Source of the DNA: Tubiluchus corallicola
Lineage: Eukaryota; Animalia; Priapulida
Direction: 5' to 3'
DNA length: 64,000 nucleotides
Assembly (NCBI GenBank): GCA_030141605.1
Contig: JAQGDQ010000167.1
Span: 87,877 to 151,876 of the forward strand
How positions within the stretch are numbered: position 1 is the first letter of the stretch; each line of letters opens with the position of its first letter. The notes under the pieces were generated by a model, which ran no database searches, was not told where the DNA came from, and worked only from the letters and a program-made list of their open reading frames with translations. This document shows positions 1 through 11,000 of this stretch, piece after piece. Made by a program: the position numbers and the translations under genes.

Positions 1-171
1 AAAACAAGATGTGGATGGCTGCACTGGTAAGGGTCGATAATTGCAATGCTATTGTCACTGTGCTAATTTTGTCATATTTATGTTATATTTTCACACTCAT
101 TCTTTGCACTGCTGTATTTTATACTTTATTAACCATTAATTGCTTTATGAGTATCTTATCTGCTGCTTTAG

Positions 172-306
172 ATATTGATGAATGTGCCGAAGGGAATCAT
201 AATTGTCACAGCAATGCCGAGTGTGCGAACACTAAAGGAAGTTTTTCATGCGAGTGCTTGCTAGGTTATGAGGGTGATGGAAAACAAGATGGGGATGGCT
301 GCACTG
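172..306 (+). CDS. Calcium-binding EGF-like domain exon (phase 1-1) of a tandem cbEGF array entering from the left edge
   Basis: tttag acceptor at 170-171 and gtaaag donor at 307; encodes [45 protein letters not shown] (cbEGF consensus, 6 Cys). The end of the preceding near-identical exon lies at 1-26; repeat unit about 280 bp. Confidence 0.85.
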
Positions 307-441
307 GTAAAGATCAATAATTGTAATGCTAAAGTCACTGTGCTAGCTAATTTTTTCATGTTTATTCTTTGCACTAATTCCTTGCATTGCTGTATTTCAT
401 ACCTTAACCATTAATTGCTTTATGAGTATCTGCTGCTTTAA

Positions 442-510
442 ATATTGATGAATGTGCCGAAGAGAATCAAATTTGTCGCTGTAATGCCAAGTGTGTGAAC
501 ACTAAAGGAA
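442..510 (+). pseudogene. Degenerate, truncated cbEGF exon copy
   Basis: Third copy of the ~280-bp unit; acceptor AG changed to AA, sequence breaks off after ...NTKG and joins the duplicated segment at 511. Confidence 0.7.
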
Positions 511-828
511 TTTTTCTTTAACAAAATGGTATTTTTAAGCTCGCATTTAATGCCTTGGCTTCTTAATAGCTGTTAATGGTAACGGCAACGCTGCAAAAAT
601 CAGGTACAAGGCACCCATCAGACTAGTATGGACATTGCCCCAGTGACATGTCGTCACTGGCTATTCAAATGAGGACACCCAGGCCAAGAATCAAATTTAT
701 TTTCTACAACACAAAGTGAACAAACTTATTTCACTAATTATACAATAGGTGTATCAAATTTTTATATCACTAAAAAACTTACCTACATTGCTTAGCCATG
801 CCTTTTCCTTTTATCTACAGATTTCAAC
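511..828 (+). repeat. Diverged direct copy of 7747-8060; left arm of a fold-back with 1560-1870
   Basis: Alignable by eye to 7747-8060 with several small indels and substitutions; reverse complement of about 1560-1870. Confidence 0.9.
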
Positions 829-834
829 CAGCAA

Positions 835-1870
835 CCACTTTAACGACAACCATAGCAACAGCAACCATAGCTACAACAATGACGACCACAGTAACAGCAA
901 CAATAACAACAACAGCAACAACAACAAATAGAAACAGCAGCGGTGAACAACAACAACGACAGTAACAACAGCAACAACAACAGTGACATCAAGAATGTCA
1001 AGAGTAACAACATGAATTCAAATTGTAAAAACATAGTTTGATGCTTACTTGATTTTCACTTAGTAAAAAGGAAATCTTGTTTATTCCATATTATATTGTT
1101 ACGATGGTATGTCCATGCCTCCAGTGGTGTGCTTGTTGGTAGTTCCTTTAGTCGGTGACGCTGAGTCCAGTGACACAGTCTTTAAATCTGAGTTGATCTG
1201 TTTATGCATCATAGGTTTGGCATTTGTATATTATTTCATTTCATTTGATTTTACATCAAAAAATTAAGGTAAAAACATAATTACTTTAGGAAACAGTTTT
1301 GCCCCAAATTATTGCACGTTTCCATTTACTTTACAGAAAAATCTTATTACTGCAATAATTCAGACAGTAATTGTCGGCTAGTGAATCCCACAAATACTTT
1401 TTCACCAGGAAAAGACCACCGTATCATGCCATTGCGGCTCTTTCGAAGTTTAATAAGAGAGGATTTAGCAAAGTTTGCAGGTATTAATCTCTATTTTATG
1501 ATTTGCCTGTGGTCTCACAGTCGGTGGTTAGTAAGCACTACAAGGAGGTGGCTGTTGGGTTGAAATCTGTAGATAAAAGGAAAAGGCATGGCTACAATGT
1601 TAGTAAGTTTTAGTGATATAAAAATTTGATACACCTATTGTATAATTAGTGAAATAAGTTTGTTCACTTTGTGTTGTAGAAAATAAATTTGATTCTGGCC
1701 TGGGTGTCCTCATTTTGAACAGCCAGTGACGACATGTCACTGGGGCAATGTCCATACTAGTCTGGTTAGTGCCTTGTACCTGATTTTTGCAGTTGCCGTT
1801 ACCATTAACAGCTATTAAGAAGCCAAGGCATTAAATGCGAGCTTAAAAATACCATTTTGTTAAAGAAAAA
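835..1870 (-). repeat. 1036-bp inverted duplication of 7747-8782
   Basis: Reverse complement is colinear (coordinates sum to 9617 at both ends and at the internal exon); identical ORFs 1312..1563/8054..8305 and 840..1034/8583..8777 in the ORF track. Confidence 0.95.
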
Positions 1871-2051
1871 TTTCGCGATGTTCACACGCCACAGCGACAA
1901 GTTCTTCGACCACCACCTCGATTTCATCAATGACTTTTCAGCAGATATATAAGCAATTAATGGTTAGATATGAAATACAACAATGTACAAAGAGAATTAG
2001 TGCAAAAAATAAACATGAAAAATTAGCTAACTGTGATCAATAGTCAATCAT

Positions 2052-5000
2052 TTAAAAATTTCCTTCAGTGTTCACACATTTGGCATTGTAGCGACAATTA
2101 TGATTCCCTTCGGCACATTCATCAATATCTAAAGCAGCAGATAAGATACTCATAAAGCAATTAATGGTTAAGACTTTAGTCTACATCTATAATATTATAA
2201 ATAAATGACACTTTTTGAATTTTTATAGTACTGGTGTTACTTCGTTGAAGGGTTGCTGGATTATAAGAAATTCCTGTGTCTTGTGTGTGTGGGGGCGGGG
2301 GGGAGGAGCAAACCACTTGAGTATGAAGCTCTGACTTGCATCCAATTCATGTAAAGACCAATCCGACGGAACCAGATTGTGGTCATTGAGTCCACGACTA
2401 CTTCTACACAGAACTATAAATGTGCCTTACACAAAGATTATATACCGCTTTTGCAGTTAACTCCCATATATCCAGGTGCACAAAAGCAGTCATAGTAATT
2501 CACTTTGTTAACACAAGACCCAGTATTTTGCCAAGTTTGAGATGCAGATTCATTGGAAAAATATTTTAAAATCTGCTGCAGTTTAGATAGTTGCTGCATT
2601 TTAAGAATTTCTGTCTACTGTCATGCTAATTCCATTATCGTACAATTAGGTATGCCTAACCATAATTGTAAGCTTTACAAAAGGTAAATAAAGGGTACTT
2701 ACCACTTTCACAGTTAACTCCAGTATATCCAGATGTACAAGAACAATAATAGTAATTCACTTCGTCCTGACACCCCCCTTTATTTTGACAAGGTTGAGAT
2801 GCACACTCGTTTATTTCTGTTTTTTTTGAAACCATACATAACAGAATATCAAAATTGGTAAGTTTTATACATTCACCAATAAAATTAATATAACGTACTA
2901 CATGTATAGTGTTACAAATAACGTGGTATTTACCAGGTTTAACTACTTCCAAACTGTACATGATGAAAGGCTTAAACTTAGTGTCCAGATAACTAAGCAT
3001 GTGAACTGCTATACCTATGACTACACGTATATGAAGCCACAATGGATGACATGAAGCCAAGGAATATTCTACATTTGCCAAAAACTAGAAAACGATATTT
3101 GGCATCTCAGAAAATGCTGGCCAAAGCTACAAAATATGAACAAAAAACATCAGGAAAACCATGCATAAGTCTAAGAGCTTTCCTAAGCTCTTATGTTAGT
3201 AGTAAAAAGTAATGCAGTGATACCTATTTCGCACTTTTCGCCTTTAAAACCAATTGCACACTGGCAGTAATAGTGGTTCTCATCACCAGTAGTACAAGTT
3301 GCACCGTTCAAACAGGTATTTGGAGTACAAAGATCGTCCTCTAAAATGCAATTTAGTTAAATAGTTTAGAAAAGTATTGCATGAGAATAAACATCACATA
3401 CAAAAACATAATACATTATTTATAATCTTATTATGAACATTATTATTAATGATGGCAGAAACCTACAATTGATTATATTAATTTGTACACCAAACTTTAA
3501 AAAACTAAATGCAAAAAGTTCGAACACAATCTGGATTTCAACCAGGAACCTATTGCTTACAAAACAGATGTCACAACCAAATTTCCAAATTTTTCCCTAG
3601 TGATCATTACAATCCTTGTAGCTTGTCAGCAGTTTTAGTCACCAATTAAGACCATTCAAGTTAAAATAGAGAATCTACAAGAAGACCGGAATCAGCAGAA
3701 TGGTATTCTTTAACCAGTGCAGCCAAACACACAACATGGCCACTTAACTATTCAGTTTGAACCAATACGACAATTTTTTATTAAAAGAAGGCCAATTGTA
3801 AAATACAAATGGAAATTAAACCTTAAAAACCATGCAGATTAACATCAGTCTAATCTTGGCAATAATATACAAGTGTACAATGCCACTGGCAAATTTGCCA
3901 TATAAGCCTTCATACTCACTGACAGTTTTGAGATAGGTGTCTCCAGTCTCCCGGCCAGATGAATCAATCAAGCCTCCAAAATCTGCGCCATCATCATCAT
4001 CATAGCTGTCATATGCGTCATCATCGGTTTCATACCCAGCGGTAGATATGTCATCCCTTCCAGCTGAAACAAGTTAATTATCTTAATGTTTACAAACAAA
4101 CCAATAACCAAAATTTATTGTTGAGATATGACAGGACAGTGACATGGTGGGTTTTATAGGCCTGCCATAGAATTTGTAAAATGCACATCTATATGTTTTC
4201 CACAAGTATGCTTACTTTTGGTCATTTATGCATCAAAAATCTAGTTTTTCTCACTGACAACTTTCAATTTGGATCATCAGTTAGAGCTTTTGTAACAAAC
4301 AGAACAAAATTGGTGGTTTTTCATTTTTCATTTTTTCCAAATGGTTTATTTCAAAACCATCACTGAGCAAAATTAGATTTCTGTTAACTTTTTTAATGTA
4401 TGAATAGTCGAAAGTAGCCTTAAAAGTAATGTACATCTGCATTTCACAAGTTTTAAATAGCCTTTGAATTTTAAATATTTTTGCTACCAGAAAACCTGCT
4501 GTCCGAACTGTTTATAAACTAGGAAACTATTTACAATAAGTAAAATTAAACTAACTAAGCTATTTGCTTGTTTATTCAGGATTCTTTTGGATTTGCTACT
4601 TGTTCTGGATTCTCTCGTTAATGCGATTTTCTTTATTTAATGCAATTTTCTTTAGTTAATGCGATATTTTTGTTTCATAATTCTTTTATTATGTTTGTCC
4701 CATACACTTGTGTATAATTGTCAAAGTATTTGGACAGTCGCCCGACATCATACTGAAACCATGCTAATGTTTTTCTTGAAATGCATAAAATTGCAATACA
4801 CAGAAAAGAGGTTGCTGGAGGACAATTGCAAAGACAAAAGCCCCAAGAAAAAAACTAAAATGGCTGCCTTGCATATTGATATGTCCAGGACATTTAAAGC
4901 AGCAGCAAAACAAGTACAAGCACACTGTTACCATTTAGGAATCAGCGAACAGGATCTTGATTCTACCTTAAATCAACTTCTCAGGCTTGGAAATTTACCA

Positions 5001-8000
5001 CATAATTTACAACACCATTTTATACGTTTATATCATCAGCCAGCTTCTTATATGCCGTTATTCCCTCCCCAGCAAACAAAAACGTACCCCAACTTTCTGC
5101 CAATTTTGCAAAAATGCCACTTTCCTTTCCCTGATTTCTAGAATTGCGTCCTTTTTTTCCCAGCTATATTGTGTAGAATCGTCTGTAAATCAAACCGTAA
5201 TTCCATTAAGAAAGTTACTGGAACAGGATCTTCTACTTTTCTCTATGTAAATAATCTATCTATAGCTATACCTCCATAATGGTACAATATGTATAGATCA
5301 AATATAGACATCATCAACATTTTTACAAACTATCATTCACAAAATAAGTGAGTATACTACAGACCTCAGCTTTTGTAATACGTGCTTTCCCAAAAGTCCC
5401 ACGTAAACAATTTTTTACAGTGTTTACAATTTAGATAAAACTTATAACTCTAAAAATTTACTTAAAAGCAAAATGACACTATATACAAATGTTATGATTT
5501 AACAAAACTGCAATCTTTTATAACTGCCTGATACTTTAAATGGTCAACACAAGTACATTTTAAGCTAACACCAAACTTTTGCAGTTAACTCAGAAATATC
5601 ATAAATACAGTTATCCAAATCTTTAATATAGGTAGGCAAAAATTTGTTACACTTTTATGTCAAATCTTCTAGAAAAAAACTGGCAAAAATGCCTGGCAAC
5701 TGCGTAAAAGGTACCTTTTAGAAGTAACCCTACAGTTTTGTGAAAATTATAGGAATCAGACAAGTTACTCAGTTTTTAGAGCTGAGTTTCAGCTCGTAAA
5801 GATATTTATTTGAAAGCTCTGTAGTAGCCCAACAGCCAAAATTATTAGGCGTTGTACTACTACTGATTTTCACTACAACCTAAACAATGAGATTCATCAT
5901 AAAGTAATAAAATGCTTATAGAAACATATTTGTGATTGTGAAACTGAAGTTTTACAGAAAAGAATTCACCATCGCCTTATATAGCGACTTGATTTATTTC
6001 AACATCAAAACAAGATGTCGTATTCACAGAATTTATTGACAGCGAGACATACTCCACTACTTCCGTTTACCAGCAGTGTACATTTTCTAATTATTGACGA
6101 TATAAATATAAAGTGAAGCACTTGTGTAGAGTGTTTGTTTCCTGGTGTTTTTTGTACTCATGCAAGTTAATATGGTTAGTTTGTTATATAAACAATAGTA
6201 TTAGTGTTATCGATCGTCAATGAGTGCTGTTCATGCATATATAATGTATGACATTTGAACATTAGTCTTTATTCTATTGACAGACAGAATATTGTTTGTT
6301 TTATTGCATGTTGTTGTTGTTGGCATCCTTCTGTCTTGGAAAAAAATGGAGTGTGCGCCAAGGGAGTCAGTTATTGATCACATTGATGGAGCTGCAGCAT
6401 CGACTGTGGCTGACAGCTCTCCAAGGCACACGCCTGAGCAAGGTGTATGGAGATCCTAAGTTGCCCAGACAGCAGGAACCCCCTCTTTTCCTCCCTGGTG
6501 TAGTCCAAAGAAAAGCTGAGCGATACGTTTGGCACCAGGTTGGCTGCAGGAGCTGCCAGAGTCAGTGAGCATGCTGCACTGGTCCGCCTTCGAGGCTCCA
6601 CTCCTGATTATTACTCCTTTACACATGGCAGTTTGGTCACTTGACCTCCTCTGCGCTCTAGCCGTTGGCTGCTTGTGCAGCTCTTCTGCCTAGTGTCGAG
6701 ATACAGTGTGGACATCCTGCAAGCCTATAGCACCTGGTATGCCTAGGCGGTCACCCATCAAAGTACTAACCAAGCTCTACGTTGCTTAACTTCGGTGATC
6801 AGATGCGAACCGGTGTTTTCCACATGATATGGCCATAGTATGCATGTATGCATTATATTTGTAGGTAAAATTGTTTTGTGAAATATTTTGTGCTTATTAG
6901 TTACTATTGTGAAATCGAGATGGAACTGCAGTTATAGGAGTGAATGAGTACAATATTTATATTTTGCCGCTTGTCTCTCACGGTTTTCAAGCCATAAATA
7001 GATTAAACAAGTAGATACGTGGACCTTTTTCCATGTGTCAAAGTACGTGCCGCTTCTCAGTCTACCAACCATTGATGTCCTGAATGTTTTTACAAATAAA
7101 AATCAGCTCCTAGCATTCCCCTCAGTGGTATGCTAATAACAGAGTGACTGCTGCCCTGCAGTCCATATTAGCAAAACTTCATAAAATATGGAAGCGCTCA
7201 AATATGAACATTGACAGACAACCTCAGGCAGTGCAACATACATCTGCCATACATTAGCACTGCACAGAATCTGATCATGAATTTAATCTAAATAATTTCA
7301 ACATGTTGCACTCACCAAATTCGGCCTCTGAACTATTAATCTACGAAACTGTAATAATTAAAAACGACAGGTCTCAATGAATGAACAGGGATTGTCCCAA
7401 TCCTTTCAACTTTTCTAAATTGGTCACGGCAAATTACTCAAATCGTAACACAGTCATCATTTCTATCATTTCTTTGTCCAACAAAAGTGAATTAAAATGA
7501 TGGCTACTTAGTTAAAATATTTCTATTCAGTTCTCAGTTCCTTGTTGTTTTTTATTGACAATTCACTTGCTATTTTGACATGCTTGCAAATTCATAAATT
7601 TTTAAATGTTATTAATGTTTTGTATTGTAACTGTCTTGTTTTGTATTTTTGATTCTTACAATATCTTTTTTGAAATTCCATGATTATGACATCTTGTTCT
7701 GATGTTGAAATAAATAATGTTGCTATATAAGTTGATGCTCATGATTTTTTTCTTTAACAAAATGGTATTTTTAAGCTCGCATTTAATGCCTTGGCTTCTT
7801 AATAGCTGTTAATGGTAACGGCAACTGCAAAAATCAGGTACAAGGCACTAACCAGACTAGTATGGACATTGCCCCAGTGACATGTCGTCACTGGCTGTTC
7901 AAAATGAGGACACCCAGGCCAGAATCAAATTTATTTTCTACAACACAAAGTGAACAAACTTATTTCACTAATTATACAATAGGTGTATCAAATTTTTATA

Positions 8001-11000
8001 TCACTAAAACTTACTAACATTGTAGCCATGCCTTTTCCTTTTATCTACAGATTTCAACCCAACAGCCACCTCCTTGTAGTGCTTACTAACCACCGACTGT
8101 GAGACCACAGGCAAATCATAAAATAGAGATTAATACCTGCAAACTTTGCTAAATCCTCTCTTATTAAACTTCGAAAGAGCCGCAATGGCATGATACGGTG
8201 GTCTTTTCCTGGTGAAAAAGTATTTGTGGGATTCACTAGCCGACAATTACTGTCTGAATTATTGCAGTAATAAGATTTTTCTGTAAAGTAAATGGAAACG
8301 TGCAATAATTTGGGGCAAAACTGTTTCCTAAAGTAATTATGTTTTTACCTTAATTTTTTGATGTAAAATCAAATGAAATGAAATAATATACAAATGCCAA
8401 ACCTATGATGCATAAACAGATCAACTCAGATTTAAAGACTGTGTCACTGGACTCAGCGTCACCGACTAAAGGAACTACCAACAAGCACACCACTGGAGGC
8501 ATGGACATACCATCGTAACAATATAATATGGAATAAACAAGATTTCCTTTTTACTAAGTGAAAATCAAGTAAGCATCAAACTATGTTTTTACAATTTGAA
8601 TTCATGTTGTTACTCTTGACATTCTTGATGTCACTGTTGTTGTTGCTGTTGTTACTGTCGTTGTTGTTGTTCACCGCTGCTGTTTCTATTTGTTGTTGTT
8701 GCTGTTGTTGTTATTGTTGCTGTTACTGTGGTCGTCATTGTTGTAGCTATGGTTGCTGTTGCTATGGTTGTCGTTAAAGTGGCTGTTGTTGTTAATGTTG
8801 TTGTTACTTTTGTTTTCGCTGTGGCTGTGGTTGTCATTGCTGTTGTTGTGGTTGTGGTTGTTGTTGCTGTGGCTGTGGCTATGGTTGTCGTTGTTGTTGT
8901 CGTGGTTGTAGTTGTTGTTGTCGTCGTCATCGTTGTTGTTGTTGCAGTTATGCTGTCGTTGTCGTTGCTGTTGTTGCTGTTATAAATTCAACATTCTGCA
9001 AGCTGGAATCCATCACAGAAAGTCAAACCTTACAGTTGAACTACTCAAACTCATTATCAAGAGAAATCACCCAGCTAAGCTAATGAACTGACAGCAGTGT
9101 TACAACCAAGTTTTGAAATACAAATAATCTTCCCTCGATAAATAAATGAACCAGGAGTAGTATGACATGATGGTGCTTTTGGTTCGTAAACTCTGACAGG
9201 TTGTTCACATCCCTCGTTTTTCTGCTGCTTTTTGTAGTCTTGTCCTGGACATTTCTACATTTCTAGATGCACAACAGCTGCTTATAAGTCCAGCTTTTAA
9301 AAGCTAGACTTATAAACTGCAGAATTCTGATCAAAAATTGTTTTACTGGACACTACAAGTTCAGCCAACTCAAGAAAAACATCAACAGATATCCTTTATG
9401 GTTCTATCATGAGCAAATTATTTAAACAACTCTATCTCTTTGGTCACATACACATAAATTCAGATTTTCAAGCAGTAAGCAAACCCTGCCTAGAATGTTC
9501 GTGATTATTACCGTTATTTTGGAAGCCGAAGGCAAAGTCTACGTAGAATGATTGCGCATTATTGATCTCAATGGATTGATATATTAGCATTTCTCGTTTC
9601 ACGCAGTTTCAATGTTGTTGCTGTTGTTTTGTGGCATGGTGTGGATGGTTGTTTGTAGTGTGGGTGGTGTGGGGTGTTTTTTTAAATCGCGACGTCACAA
9701 CAGAGCACTACTGCAGAAACTTAAAGAAACTGATATAAAGGCATCATCCCAAATGTAGGATGTTACTAAAGTTTGCACATATTACAAATAGGTGCAGGCA
9801 AAACGTATGTACGTGTATGCGGCGAGTGTAACATTCCAGCAGGGGATGTACCGGACCCACTTTTGCAAGTTCCGATTCTTTATGTGCCGGCCCTGGACGG
9901 ATCTGTGTCCGTATGTGCCGGATCCGGATCTACAAATTAATGTAAAAGATACTTCATTTGTTTAGTCTTTTGTTCATCTGGTAGCACTGCCTGTCCATTT
10001 GCAGGGTCACTGAGTAATTTCAAGTGGAAACACTGCAAACATTGATACACTGTAATTTTGAAAACTTGATCCGCACTTGGTTTAAACTAAAAAACTGCCA
10101 AACCATGCTTTTACTGGAAGTAGAGAGCTCTAACTATTAATACTTGATCCCAATAATCGGCTCTTGATTTGAACTAAACAAATTGGCATATTTACTGAAA
10201 GTAGATGGCTCTAAACTTTTACCTGACATTTTTGCACCAATAGTGCCATCTTTTGCGCTCTTCACTTCAAGGAACCATGGCAAGAAGATTGCCGGTATCG
10301 CTTGCGTTACAAGCATGACAGCATAAAAACTAAGAAATACTTTTGTAAGTTTCTGAAGATTTTAAAAGAAAACCTTCAAATTCTTTAAAAAAAAGTGTTT
10401 TGTATATTTTTTCTTACTCGCTCTATTTCTTCCACAATCGGTGCACAGTCAATGGTTTTAAACATAGAAAAATAAAAATGTCGGGATCCGGTACATCCCT
10501 ACATTCCAGATTAGTTGTTTAATAAGCCAAATCTTAAGCAGATGTACCATTGCTAATTGCATTGTTTGTATTTAGACCTTATAGCTTTCTGCTGAGCATG
10601 GCACCAGTGTGACGCCAAGTAGTATAACCTTAAGTGGCATTTATGCAGCATCCGGAATGCGTTATCCATCATACAGCTGCGAAATAACTGCAGAACAAAA
10701 AATCAATAGGAAATAGCTGCAGAAAAGAATAATGCATAACTCAGGTCTGTTAAACGGGTGCATTGAAAACAATATAACCTGATTTTATCTATTCCACATA
10801 TGCATTCCGGATACTACATCAGCGCCACTTTAACATTTTCAAGTTGTCAGTAAGATAAGTTGCTGTGGCTGCTGTTACAACCTTATTAATGAGAAATATG
10901 ATTACGCATACCAAAAGTCGAATCCGAACAAAATTTTTGGCAATGTGAATCCAAATTCAGTATTAAAGAAGTGTTGAATAAATTTTGAATCACTAATAAA

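Noticed and set aside
840-1034. Cys-rich ORF resembling a metallothionein or toxin (also 8583-8777)
   Set aside because: It is a reading frame of a degenerate GTT microsatellite.
4659-5141. 160-aa ORF on the + strand
   Set aside because: No recognisable domain or splice context; lies antisense within an intron; possibly a transposon remnant but unsupported.
6721-6840. Functional 5S rRNA gene
   Set aside because: Many substitutions, no oligo-T terminator, single copy fused to a SINE-like body with target duplication.
7316-7340. Possible 25-nt micro-exon (INSSEAEF) with a gtgag donor
   Set aside because: Its start phase does not match the neighbouring phase-1 exons and several acceptors are ambiguous.
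8652-8995. Mucin-like poly-Thr exon of the lectin gene
   Set aside because: The Thr frame from the nearby acceptor meets a stop and shifts, and no donor was found; treated as microsatellite, though a decayed mucin exon cannot be excluded.
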